From Octopus bimaculoides (taxonomy: Eukaryota), in assembly GCF_001194135.2 (NCBI RefSeq), contig NC_068986.1:76580750-76644749 (forward strand): a DNA stretch of 64,000 nt, read 5' to 3'. The position numbers and the translations under genes are program-made. The notes under the pieces were generated by a model, which made no database searches, had not been told where the DNA came from, and saw nothing but the letters and a program-made list of their open reading frames with translations. Below, in pieces: positions 23,013 through 36,417 of this stretch. Within the stretch, counting starts at the first letter, position 1, and every line of letters starts with the position of its first letter.

Positions 23013-25149
23013 ATGCAGGTTGAAGGCTGTTGTTTGTATATGAATTCTGCCAAATGTGAGCTTTCTTTTCAGGTACATGATGCTGCTGTCCCCCATCCCA
23101 GGGTCACACAGGCCCACACCATTCACACCTTGAGGGTTGGCACACTCAATGTGGGCACACTGAAAGGTAGGTCTGGAGAGATTGTTGAGGTGCTTGAATG
23201 GAGACACGTAGATTTGTGCTGCATCCAAGAAGTAAGGTGGAGAGGAAGTTCTGCTAGGTTCCTCACAGGCAAAGAACACAGGTACAAGATTTTCTGGGCA
23301 GGGAACACTGACGGGTTTGGGGGTATGGGTATACTTCTTGTGGAAAAATGGGTTGATAAGGTAATCGAGATAGTCAGGGTCTGTGATAGAATACTTAAGA
23401 TTAGATTAGTGCTACATCATGGGTTAGCAACCATTATCTCGGTCCATGCCCCTCAACTGGGCTACCTGATGGACAGAAAGACCGATTTTATGACACCCTC
23501 TTGACGAATGACAGGGACCTTCTCTTTGTGGCTGGTGACTTCAATAGACATGGTGGACAACATGCAGTACATGGAGGCTATGGTTTTGGTTCCTGCGATG
23601 AGGAGGGAACCAGGCTGCTGGAGTTTTGCAATGCAAATGATCTTATGGTTTGCAATACTAACTTCAGGAAACCTGCCAGTCACCTAGTCACCTACTGATC
23701 TGGTAGACACACTAACCAAATTGACTACATCCTTACCAGGAAGAGGGAAAGATGGTTGCTTATAAATGCCAAAACCTTTCCAGGTGAAGAATGTACCTTC
23801 AGGGTCAGGGCTAAGTGGATGGCCAGAAGACGACCAGCATAGAGGAGAAAGGTCTAGAAGCTTAAAGATCCTGTGAATGGACAGAGATTTAGAGACGTAT
23901 TACTCGAAGCTTTTGATGAAATAGAGGGGGATATGGCATCACCTGATGTGGAAAACAACTGGAGGTTTCTGCAGGAAAACCTGCTGAGGGCCACTGACCA
24001 GATCTCTCAACCCACAGTAACGTGGTGGTGGAACAATGTTGTTGACAGGGCCATTAGGGAAAAGAAGCAGGCTTGGAAGGACCAGAAGAATGGTAGTAGC
24101 AGGGAATTGTATTAGACTGCCAGAAGGGAAGCTAGGAGACAGGTTTATTTAGTCAGAGGGGAAGCAGATAAGGAAAAAAAAAATTTGCTGGTGTTCTGTG
24201 CCATGAGGACCAAAGATTTGAGGTATTTTGTGTTGCAAGACAGTGTGTGAGAGAGAATCGTGATGTAGGAAAGAAATGTGTCTGCATGGATGATGGTTTG
24301 CTTGCATTAAACAAGGCTGCAAAAAGAGAGGTTTGGAGACGCCACTATGAAAAGTTGCTAAATAAAGAGAATGAATAGGAAAAAGAGAGTCTGCTGAATG
24401 CCGGCCCAACAGAGGGACCAGCTATCCGAATTAACAGTACCTTGGTAGATAAAGCAATTAAGACCTGGGATGAAGTGGTGGAGCATGACCTTCGAACAGT
24501 GGGCCTCACTGAGGCAATAACTAGAGACTGAGACCTTTGGAGATATGCTGTACTTGAGAAGACCCGACAAGCCAAGTGAGACCATAACCCGTGGCCTATG
24601 CCAGTGGTGTATAACCAGCCCACTTATGAGTATCCTTCATTCATTGGACAATAAACTTTGGTTGCAAAGACCTGTTGAGGCAAGTGAAATCAAAATCGCT
24701 GATGTGGCTGATGATAGTACCACCTGATTGGCACTTGTGCCAGTGGAACATTAAAAGCACCATCTGAATGTGATCGTTGCCAGGACTGGCTCTCGTGCCA
24801 GTGGCATGTAAAAAGCACCATTTGAGCGTGACTCTTGCCAGCGTCGCCTTACTGGCACATGTGCTGGTGGTACATGAAAAGCAACATTCAAGCGTGCAGG
24901 TGATACGTAAAAACCACCTTTTGAGCGTGATCATTGCCAGTACAGCCTAACTGGCCCTCGTGCCGGTGGCACATAAAAGCACCCACTACACTCTCAGTGG
25001 CTGGTGTTAGGAAGGGCATCCAGCTGTAGAAACTTTGCCAGACCAGATTGAAACCTGGTGCAGCCTTCTGGCTCACCAGTCCTCAGTCAAAGCGTCCAAA
25101 ACACTCCAGCATGGAAAGCAGACGTTAAACGATGATGATGATGATGATG
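23013..25149 (+). mobile_element. Decayed RTE-clade LINE: APE endonuclease + linker joined directly to the ORF2 C-terminus and 3' UTR (RT domain missing), (GAT)n tail
   Basis: LRVGTLNVGTLKGRSGEIVEV..VDLCCIQEVRWRG..GDFN..NTNFRK..QIDYIL (APE motifs, with stops and frameshifts). At ~24460, VDKAIK joins TWDEVVEHDLRTVGLTEA..LWRYAVLEKTRQAK*. Confidence 0.92.
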
Positions 25150-25233
25150 AACACAACATTGAAATAAACATTAATGTTTCTATATCTATATGTACACCTC
25201 TCTCTGTTTCTCTCCCTCTCTCTCTGTTTCTCT

Positions 25234-25265
<32 letters not shown>

Positions 25266-25966
25266 NNNNNNNNNNNNNNNNNNNNNNNNNNNNNNNNNNN
25301 NNNNNNNNNNNNNNNNNNNNNNNNNNNNNNNNNNNNNNNNNNNNNNNNNNNNNNNNNNNNNNNNNNNNNNNNNNNNNNNNNNNNNNNNNNNNNNNNNNNN
25401 NNNNNNNNNNNNNNNNNNNNNNNNNNNNNNNNNNNNNNNNNNNNNNNNNNNNNNNNNNNNNNNCATGAACCATATGGTGTTGCTCTGAATCCAGTAGGAT
25501 TGCATCTGTACAGCCATTATGTGAAACATAAAATGAAATGTTTATTACCGAAAACATTCAAATTATTGATTTATAGCTTATTGATTTTAATTCTGATGCT
25601 GCTTAAACTGACAACTGGTATTATCATGTGATGATAATGATGACAAAACGTCTGCTCTATCTTGAGAGAAAAACAAGAGCTGATTAATGGTGATAAGGGT
25701 GAAATTTTTACTTCATTTTATCTCATCTGATATCTTTATTAAATTTGCTGTTTGTCTCACACACACACATAGACACATATATGGAAACATGTATGTACAT
25801 GTGTGTGTATTATATACATAGCCTTGACCTGTGTATTTCTTATTGTCAACTTTGCTTTTGTGCCGATCTCTTTTACCCTGATTAAGAAGTTGGAGTTTAA
25901 ATAAGAAATTGATCAGACTGAGCACAAATATGGTGCATATCTATTCCATACTTATACCAGTGTCTT

Positions 25967-26017
<51 letters not shown>

Positions 26018-26279
26018 GTTCACACACACACATACATATTGTCATCATCAGCATCGTCATTGTTTTTATGTCTGCTATATCTATGCTGACTTATGTTGGA
26101 TAACACTTCTTGAAGCAGCGTTCTTAATTGCTTACAAGTAAGGTATCTCCATTCCATGTTTATGCATATCAAACTACTAAGTTGCCAGATTTTTTTGTTT
26201 AAGACATCGAATGATGCCACCACTGCCCAAGTGGTGTGAATGTGTGCACGCACACTCTCTCTCTGTCTTACACACACAC

Positions 26280-26440
26280 ACACACAGTGGTTTTTTTCAT
26301 ACAGTCTCCACCTAACAAATTTCACTAAAATTATATTGGTTACCTTCAGTGTATTTTAGAAGACATTTACTGAAAGCACCACATGGTGGGATCAAACCCC
26401 AAAACCATGTGGCTGTAAACTGAACAGCCATGCCTGTGCA
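26280..26440 (-). mobile_element. SINE family A head, degraded
   Basis: agaagacatttact..agcaccacatggtgggatcaaaccccaaaaccatgtgg..cagccatgcctgtgc. Confidence 0.65.
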
Positions 26441-26768
26441 AATCTCTCTCTCTTTCTCTCTCTCTCTCACTCTCTCTCTATCTCTCACTCTCTCTCTCTC
26501 TCNNNNNNNNNNNNNNNNNNNNNNNNNNNNNNNNNNNNNNNNNNNNNNNNNNNNNNNNNNNNNNNNNNNNNNNNNNNNNNNNNNNNNNNNNNNNNNNNNN
26601 NNNNNNNNNNNNNNNNNNNNNNNNNNNNNNNNNNNNNNNNNNNNNNNNCACTTAGGTAACAGTTGAAATGTGAAAATCTTTTCAACTTCAATAAACACTA
26701 ATTTACTCTACTTTTAGTATTCAAATACTTTTTTCTACCTTGTTTTGCACCTATATGCCCATGTGTGT

Positions 26769-26821
<53 letters not shown>

Positions 26822-27054
26822 CATATAACATGTAGTTGTATCTTGGTGTTTTTCAAACGTCTTATTTACATGTGGATAGTATGTTGGTTCAGGTGGATGT
26901 GGTTGATAGCAAAATACCAACAAAAAGATGACAGTGAAAACTGTTAATTGGAAGTTTTGTTGCTGGTTTGAACTTTACTGGTTAACCATAAGTCCTTTTA
27001 GTTTCATAACTCTTCCTCAGGCAAGTTTATTCTTATCCTTATAGCTACATAGTA

Positions 27055-27400
27055 AAGGTGCATGGCTTAGTGGTTGGAGCATCAAGCTTACGATCGTGAG
27101 GTTGTGAGCTTGATTCCTGGACTGGGCTGTGTTGTGTTCTTCAGCAAGACACTTTATTTTTCACATTGCTCCAGTTCATTCAGCTGTAGAAATGAGTTGT
27201 GACATTACTGGTGCCAAACTGTATCGGCCTTTGCCTTTCTCTTGGATAACATCGGTGGTGTGGAGAGGAGAGGCTGGTATGCACGGGTGACTGCTGGTCT
27301 TCCATAAAAACAACCCTAGGTTGTGTGTTCACCAGTGAGGTGAATTTACACCCAAACTTGTACCCTGGAGGGGAACCTCTTAGGTGCACCCATGATCATT
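27055..27400 (+). mobile_element. SINE family C
   Basis: Homologous to 19033-19312 and retains the fuller tRNA-like head (gcttgattcctggactggg). Confidence 0.85.
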
Positions 27401-27751
27401 TGTGACAGATGGAGTCGAGTTTTTTTTTTATAGTTACATAGATAAATGGTGCGGTTAGACTTGAAACAGCAAGTATCTTGTCTACTTTTCGGAGACACTG
27501 AATATGTATAAGTTTTTCTATGTATGAAATCCCAATCTATGGGTAGTCTTCTGTTTGTTAGTAAATTGTGCCTCCACTACCTGCTGGTCTATAGTATCAG
27601 TCTGTCTTTGTATATTACTTCATGTCATTCTTTACTGAAGTATTGCATTAAATGTTACTCTATTGTACAAGCGTTTATATATTCAGATTTGTCACAGTCA
27701 TTTTCTTCATCAGATGTATGTCCCACCACCATGACTTGTTAATTTATAAAT

Positions 27752-28223
27752 AACTAGAAAAGCATCCTGGCATTGCCTGGGTGTTATGACCTACAGCCAT
27801 ATTGTATTATTTGTTCCTTTCTTATGGACAGAATCAGCACAGCTGATGTATAGCGAACTGGATTACTGGCGTCATGGAAGTTATTGTTTATTTAGAAGTA
27901 AAGGCCAGGAGGATACAATTTGCATGGGTTTGCATGAAAGTGCTTTCTGTTCTTAAGAAGGATCACAAACTATGTATTGTTTCATTGTATAAAAGGGGGT
28001 TAATATGATTTTGTCCAGAAATCACGTTTTCAAAATTAGGCAATTTCTTCCAATTATTTTTTTTTATCCACATAAAAAAATACAGAGATTAGGAATTTGG
28101 GAAATATATATTTTTTTTAAAGTTTAATTTTTCTTAAAGAAACACTCAATGCTTCTTCCCCCACCTCACCCACCCATCACATACCCGCTTTCAAAAAGTG
28201 GTACAAATCTCATCTTGTACATG
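27752..28223 (+). mobile_element. Possible Helitron/Helentron-type non-autonomous element, 5' part, running into a gap
   Basis: aactagaaaagcatcctggcattgcctggg looks like a CpG-decayed ACTAG..cccggcgttgcccggg terminus; the 3' end is not visible. Confidence 0.35.
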
Positions 28224-28844
28224 NNNNNNNNNNNNNNNNNNNNNNNNNNNNNNNNNNNNNNNNNNNNNNNNNNNNNNNNNNNNNNNNNNNNNNNNNNNNN
28301 NNNNNNNNNNNNNNNNNNNNNNNNNNNNNNNNNNNNNNNNNNNNNNNNNNNNNNNNNNNNNNNNNNNNNNNNNNNNNNNNNNNNNNNNNNNNNNNNNNNN
28401 NNNNNNNNNNNNNNNNNNNNNNNNNNNNNNNNNNNNNNNNNNNNNNNNNNNNNNNNNNNNNNNNNNNNNNNNNNNNNNNNNNNNNNNNNNNNNNNNNNNN
28501 NNNNNNNNNNNNNNNNNNNNNNNNNNNNNNNNNNNNNNNNNNNNNNNNNNNNNNNNNNNNNNNNNNNNNNNNNNNNNNNNNNNNNNNNNNNNNNNNNNNN
28601 NNNNNNNNNNNNNNNNNNNNNNNNNNNNNNNNNNNNNNNNNNNNNNNNNNNNNNNNNNNNNNNNNNNNNNNNNNNNNNNNNNNNNNNNNNNNNNNNNNNN
28701 NNNNNNNNNNNNNNNNNNNNNNNNNNNNNNNNNNNNNNNNNNNNNNNNNNNNNNNNNNNNNNNNNNNNNNNNNNNNNNNNNNNNNNNNNNNNNNNNNNNN
28801 NNNNNNNNNNNNNNNNNNNNNNNNNNNNNNNCTCTCTCTCTCTC

Positions 28845-29763
28845 TCTCTCACACGCACATATTATCTTTCATATACACATACAAAAATACATACTCATAC
28901 ATCTTTTTTGTATGTATGTATGCATGTGCATATGAGAGAGAAAGTGACTGACTGTATTTCCTCATAACATAGAAAATGGATGGCTTTTAAGGTACACACT
29001 CATATAGAAAATGTGACATCGTTGTCATCGTGGTATAAAATGTCGTTTAGGATAGTTGAATTATAGAAAGATTATAATGTTAAATTTTTGTAATGCAAAT
29101 ATGTAAATGAAAATAAAGTTTATTTGTTAGCCGAAAGATTACTGAATCTTTTGATACCCCATATGTCAAAATTGGCAACTCAGTTTTCGAATGTATTTGT
29201 TAATTTCCATAAAATTTTTTTTATTTCTTTGTTTTGAAGAGAGCAGAAAGTAAAAGAGAAGAGAAAGTGAAAGATGTATTTATGTGTATATGAAATGGAC
29301 ATGTGTGCATGAGAGAGGGAGAGAGGGAGTGAGTGAGTGAGTGAGTGAGTGAAGGTGTGTGTTGTCATGTATGTGTAAGTGACACCCACTTGGTCTCTCT
29401 TTCTCTGTCTCACCACACACATCTTTCGTATACACATACATAAATACATATGCATACATCTTTTTTGTATATATGTGTGCATTTGCATGTGTATGTGAGA
29501 GAGAAAGAGAGAGAGAGTGAGTGACTGTATTTTGTCATAAGATATGGAAAAATGGATGTCTTTTAAGGTATACACTCATATAGAAAACGTGACGTTGTTG
29601 TCATCGTGGTATAAAATGTTTACAATAGTTGACTTATAGAAAAATTATAATGTAAAATTTTTGTAATGCAAATATGTAAATAAAGTTTATTTGGCAGCTG
29701 TAAAATTATTGAATCTTTTGATACTCCATACATCAAAATCAGCAACTTAGTTTTTGAATGCAT
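28845..29763 (+). repeat. Local direct duplication of ~350 bp (about 28845-29196 and 29400-29763)
   Basis: Both copies share ..ttttaaggta.acactcatatagaaaa.gtgac.t.gttgtcatcgtggtataaaatgt..tttttgtaatgcaaatatgtaaat.., with scattered differences. Confidence 0.88.
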
Positions 29764-29774
29764 AAGGAAGATAT

Positions 29775-29775
<1 letters not shown>

Positions 29776-29864
<89 letters not shown>
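29776..29864. repeat. (CA)n microsatellite
   Basis: Direct reading. Confidence 0.97.
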
Positions 29865-29869
<5 letters not shown>

Positions 29870-30522
29870 CTCTTTTATATATATGGAAGATATCCCTGTC
29901 TGTCGTCCTCTCTGTCTGTCTCTCACATTCCCTGTGTGCCTATCTCTTCCTCTTTCCTCCTCTTCCCTGATATCATCCACCCTCATTATGCCACATTTCC
30001 TTGAACCTAACACTTTTGCACCCCTCTCATTTTACCATGTAATGGCTTAACCCCCGTAGTTGGTCCATTATTGATTTTTATTGAAATCTAATTAGCCTAT
30101 AATTGAACTGGATGTTAGTTCAACATGTATACAAAGTTTGGTGAAGATTAGTCCCCTGGTTTGGACATCAAGATGGTAATAGGCACACAGAAATTGCCAT
30201 TTATATATAAGATGTGGGTTTTTGTTGTTTAATAATTCATTTTCTATCTGATTGGACCTGAGCTTGTTTTGCTGGACAAGTGACAACTATTATAGATTAT
30301 AGCCATGCCTTGTTATTCTGAGAGGCCTGACAGACTTCCTTCAACAGTTTCTTAGTCAGTTTGCTTGTTACTATTTACTATTGTTACTTTTCCTTGCTTC
30401 TATTTCATACTTTGTTGTCCTCTTCTCCTATGTTTCCCCCACTCTCTTTTCCCCTTTCTTTGAAAAGTTTGTTGCCTCATCTCACTTTATTCACTCCATT
30501 TGTTACTCCAAGTATATTTATG

Positions 30523-30586
<64 letters not shown>

Positions 30587-31604
30587 GTCACAAAGTGGAT
30601 GCAAGATAAATTGCTCCCCCTCCTGGATAGGATGTTAATCATTTCACAAGTAGCATTCCCAGACCTAATACTTTTTTTACCAATAGTTATATTGTTGTTG
30701 TTTAGCCCAGCTCAGCTTTAACTGAGCAGGCCTATGATCAAAGGTATTCCAGTCATGACCTTTCCATCTTTTTCTATGTACAATGAATCTAGTGTCACAT
30801 CCAGCATATCCTTTTTTCACAGGAGTTGGTAAGGTGAAATTTGAGGGAGATTTGGCTGCTATTTCTAGCAGGTCGAGTGACCACATATATATCTCCTAGT
30901 TGGCTAGGTGAACTAAGACAGAGTGGATCTTATCAGAAGCTCAGTAGAAAGCCTTCAAACATATTAGAAATTGTGATTCGTTACCAACTTGGCCATCACA
31001 AGTTTATATTAAGTTCATTTCCTCTGTGTTATGTTACGTGGAAATGAAATGCTCTGTGTTGCTCCCAGAACTTAATTGATCATGTGTTACACACATGCAT
31101 ACACTATATGTGTGCATACACACATATATGCATACACTTATAACCACATTGCTAGTATATTTTCATTAAATTCGGGTTAATGAAATGGGCTGATTTTTTT
31201 ATCAGATTTGAAACTAATACCTCAATAATGTTGGGGCTTTTTTTGTGTATTGGCATATACTCTGTTTTTAGATGGTATGTTGTTGTGAAATTCATGCCTT
31301 TCCCAAGGTCAATAATAAATGAAATAGTTTCAACTGCCCAGGAACTTACCTCTTGCTATGTAATTCTCCCTACAAATGCTACAAATACATTGAAAATGCT
31401 GAAGGTTGATGGAACTGATAGAGTATCAAGGGGTGGGTGGTAGAACCGGTAGAGCGTCAGATGTGAGTGGGTTAGTAGAAATGGGGTTTTTGAGCATCAT
31501 GGTGGTGGATTGGTAGGGTTGGTAAAATATCAGATTGGTAGAGTGATAGAATATGTATTGTGTCAGGGTGGTGTGTTGGTAGTAACACCTCCTTCCATCT
31601 AGAG

Positions 31605-32019
31605 CAGTGTTTCTGAACCATTTTTTTTTACCTATGGACTACTTTGATTCCTATTTTACTTGGATGAACCCTCTTAGCCATTTGATGCTTTAAAAAAAAA
31701 AAAAAAAATTTTTTAATTCAAATTACGATGAACGTAAACAAACACACGAAGTTTGCTTTTAGAAGCGTTGAGATGTCTTAGAAAGTTAAAGAAGTGATTT
31801 TAAATTCTCAAATGCAGGATAATGCTAATAAACTGGGTAGTTTATCCTGTTCAGGCTATAATATTTTTATAATTAAGTATTATCAGGAATTGTATATAAA
31901 AGATTATGAAAATATTTTGTGTATTGTAAAAGTATAACCAATTTATTGCAGATAAAATTTAGTGACAAAATCTTATATGGACCCTCAAGGACCATATGAA
32001 CCCCAGTTGAGAAGCACTC
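31605..32019. mobile_element. hAT-Charlie-type MITE
   Basis: TIRs cagtgtttctgaacc / agttgagaagcactc; TSD atctagag / ttctagag (7/8 match, the NTCTAGAN preference typical of Charlie elements). Confidence 0.85.
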
Positions 32020-34319
32020 TTCTAGAGAATGCATGGTGGTAGTATATACTGTATATCTCAGGGATATAATCGATGGAAGTGGCCTCTACCCCTACCTATT
32101 GCATAGTGGTGGCAGTTATTTCAACAACTATAGAAAAGTGAATGTTGAGCTCAATGTTAGAGGAATTTGAAGTTTGAATGTATAGGCATTTAATCCCATA
32201 CTTTGCACTATTACTTCAAATGCCTTGATAATATGGACTACTGTAATAACTATTTCTCATAGCAATGTTATAACTGAATGATGTAACTGTTTGTTGATAA
32301 TGCTTGTTGATGTCACAGTTGTATATTATCATTACACAACTGTGTAAACGTTACTGAATCTGATAATGCTGACTGCTGTAGCAGTATGTTTCAACACATA
32401 TGTATGTATGACTAACCACTATTGACTTTATGTCGGCCTGTAGCAGGCTTTTCAGCACCAATGACTAATTGTGACTGACTTGATAATGCTCTTGACTCTT
32501 AAAATATGTGCTAGGTTAAATCAATAGCTGTTATCATTAGTGATCTATTAATGATCTCTTCTGTTACAATATGTGTAATGTTGATATGAGATTGACTATT
32601 ATAATTAGCAGTCTAAAATGGGAACCTTTCTGTGGTCACTTGATCAGATAGAAGGAACAACCAAATCTATCTCAACTCAAACTCTGCTCTCTTAAAAAGA
32701 GGAAGGACATCTTTTGATAATTTAGTTCTTCAATACAATGTCTGAATTTAAGATGTAATAGTGGCGGATGTTGTCTGGAAAAAAAACAAACAAAAAAAAA
32801 AAAAACTAGATTGTCATGTTTGGAAATCTCTTTTACCATAGGTCTGTTCAGTCAGGGATAATTTGGGAGATAAACAACAGCAACACAACAACAACAACAC
32901 AGCACAACAAGAACAAGAACTACAACTATAAGTGGCTCGAACCACTAATGGATTTTTCTTTACTGTTTGCCATAAATATACATCTTTATCTCAGCTTCTA
33001 TCTTCATAGCTTCATATATGAAATAAAGATCTCATCCTCTTGTATTTGCTTTTCCAATTACTTTATGAAATCTATTTGAAAATTACAAAACTTGCTTTTT
33101 TTATATTTTCTTTATTTTTCTGTGATTCATTTTCTCTCAATCCATTTAGCAAGAAATACTCTTGTCATACAGTAATTTCAAGTAGATCAATGAAGGAATA
33201 GGTAGGAACATCAGTTTGCATGTTCACATGTTTTATGATTCCATTACATGATTCATCATCATAGATCTTTCCCTCCTGAAAGACAAAAATATTCACTATT
33301 AAAATGAAACATAAGCATGTAGTTATAGCTGGCATTGGATAAATCACTTGAAACCATACAGTTTTAATGTGATTGTTACTAAGCCCAGGTTAACCTAAAT
33401 TTAGTATGCCTGTGATCAAATGTATTCCAATCATGACCATCAGGTTGTTTATTCAGACACACTATAACTTGGACTATATTGTCTATTATTACTATTTTTT
33501 TTGGTTTGATGAGTATAATATAAAGGAAGAATTGGCTGATATTTGTAGTAAGTCAAATAAACCATATGGAGCCTTTGCTCACCCAGGAGTGGTCCTCTTA
33601 TCATATGATCCAAATTAAATCATTAGTAATAATAATATATAGCTATTTAAGATAAGCTGGACTGTCACCAACAGAAACAGTGGTAGCAATAGTCAATTAA
33701 TTTTCTATTATTGACATACATTGTTCAGACATTTAAAAAAAAAATGCTTGACATTGAACAGGTATTTTTGTGTTTTCTCACACAGAATAGCATTATAAAT
33801 ACTTTTCTCTTTCATAAGGACCATGTTTGGCATTCAAATTCTGAAGATTTTATTCTCAGAACTTTCTTATAAATGGGTTTAATTTCTCTATTAAATAAAG
33901 TGAATATTTCTTAATAAAATTTGCAAAGTTCTGGAATGAAAATTATAGATGTGAACTGTGTTAGGAATGTGAAGAAAAGAGAAAAGATTTGGAGCAGATC
34001 CAACTTCGCAAATGTGGATTCATTAAATAAAATGGGTTTGAGCATCCAATTCTTAAATGTGTGTGTGTGTGTGTAAATATACACACAACATCTACACATA
34101 CCATATATATGGTGGGAATGATGGAAGCTATGATATATATATAGTAGTGATGGAAGCTGGGAAGGAGGCTCATTAGCTTAGGCTGTGTCATACTGGTTGT
34201 TGATAAACAGATCCTACCATCAATCTCATAATAGCCAGTTTAATTTTTCTCACATCTTGTGTTGTTGGGAATCTTTTTTGTAGCATTTCCAGAATGTGTG
34301 ATGTTTTAAATTATATACC

Positions 34320-34700
34320 ATATAGGCATAGATTTGGTTGTGAGGTTCAGAAGTTTGCTTTCCAACTACTTGGTTTCAGGTTCAGTCCCACTGTATAGCT
34401 TCTGTGGCTAGTGTTTTCTACTGTAGTCCTGAGATGACCAAATTGTGAGTGAATTTGGTAGATGGAGATTCAAGGAAGCATCTTGTATATATGTATGTGT
34501 GTGTGTTCCTAACTTGACATTGTGATTACTGTAAATGAATATTATTAATTTCAAATATTCTGTGAAAACATATCCGGCCATGCTTGGAAACAAGTAAGAG
34601 ATGTTGACAGGAAGTGCACCAGGCCATAGAAAATCTGCCTCAATAAATTCATACATCCCATGCAAGCATGGAAAAGTGGGCATTGAAATAATCACGATGA
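34320..34700 (+). mobile_element. SINE with family A head and RTE-like 3' tail
   Basis: Family A head to (TG)n, then gacaggaagtgcaccaggccatagaaaatctgcctc..catgcaagcatggaaaagtggg..acgatgat. Confidence 0.7.
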
Positions 34701-34984
34701 TACACACATATTTATATCTACTGTCAAGTTTCTATCAGCTGCTTTCCTCACCTCTTTGATATCCTCTCATTTTTCTATACTTACCCCCTCTCTATATTCA
34801 TCATGCATACTAGGAATGGAAGAGGATAGAGAGGTAGGAAAGAGAGACAATAAAATTACAGCAGTTGGGCATTTTTTATGGAAGATTGCAAATGAAAAAT
34901 TCTGCTGGTGTAACAATGATGTTTATTTACAATTTTGTGCAATGTCTAAACAAGGAAGCACAAACATGCTTGCATGCATACACA

Positions 34985-35285
34985 CACACAACGGGTTTCT
35001 TTTAGTTTTTGCCTCCTAAATCCACTCACAAGGCTTTGGTTGGCTCAGGAGGACTATAGTAGAAGACTCTTACCCAGTACCATCTGAATGCATGGGCACA
35101 CTGGGCTGTTGCCTGGGGTCAATAAATAAATACTATAGGGTCCATTGCATTGATTTTCCTGGGGGTTTATCATGCTGCTAAGCTGGCTCTGCACTAACCC
35201 AAAGTGCCACATTATGGAATTGATCCTGAAACCATGTTTTTGTGAAGCAAACTTCTCAGCCACACAACCATGCCTGCACATACTA
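34985..35285 (-). mobile_element. SINE family A head with internal family B-like fragment
   Basis: aaatccactcacaaggctttggttgg..tagtagaagactct..aaccatgttttt..acacaaccatgcctgcac. Confidence 0.65.
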
Positions 35286-35956
35286 TATAGACTTAATCTG
35301 TTTCTCAGTCAAATCCCCACTTCCTGACTCTTAGCTATCTTCAGCAGAGTTTACTTTGTTTCAAAGATCCAAACCTAATCTCTTACCTGAAGAATACCAC
35401 CTTCCCACCCTTACTCTTGGAGGGTCTGAAAATTATAATTGGTGCTGTTATTCCTTCACTCATTAAGCCACGAACAAAAAAAAAAAAGGAAAAAAAAAAA
35501 AGCAGAACTTAAATTTCAATTATTTCAATTCAGACATTTAGGTTAAATAAATTTCTAAATTCAGTTTTCTTTCACTTCTAAATCTGCTGACAACTACTAA
35601 TTTTAGCTTAATGCTAAATATATATTTTGGATTCTCATTTTCCATGAAGTTTCATTATTTGAATCATTTCAGTTTAAATTAGTTCATAATAAATCATGAT
35701 TTTTACCCCGTCTCCTCATTATTAGTTCAGCTGGTTTCATTTATCCTATTAAATTTAGATGTTTTGCTACATCTACCACATAAAATCTGACACCTCCAAC
35801 AAATATCTTTTCTCTGTTATGACACATTCTTTTATTGCTCCCACTCATTTAAATATGGCCATGCTGGGTACCATCTTCAAAGATTCCCAGTTGATTATAT
35901 TGACTCCAGTACTTATTTCAGATTAGGTTTTTATGTTTTTCTTTAACTTGAAGGGA

Positions 35957-35965
35957 TCTAACTGG

Positions 35966-36062
<97 letters not shown>

Positions 36063-36168
36063 NNNNNNNNNNNNNNNNNNNNNNNNNNNNNNNNNNNNNN
36101 NNNNNNNNNNNNNNNNNNNNNNNNNNNNNNNNNNCACACACACTCTCTCTCTCTTACTCTCTCTCTTA

Positions 36169-36255
<87 letters not shown>

Positions 36256-36275
36256 CCTCTCTCTCTCTCTCTCCA
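35957..36275. repeat. (CA)n - gap - (CT)n compound microsatellite
   Basis: Direct reading; N gap 36063-36134. Confidence 0.95.
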
Positions 36276-36417
36276 TGCAACAGGATTCTGCATAGTTCCT
36301 ATTAAATTTCTTTCATAAAGTGTTGATTAGCTTGAAACTATGAAAGGAGACATTTTTGCAAGGTGCTGTGCTGTTGGATAAGCCTGGATTCAAACTTGAA
36401 TCTTAATTTCAAGAACA

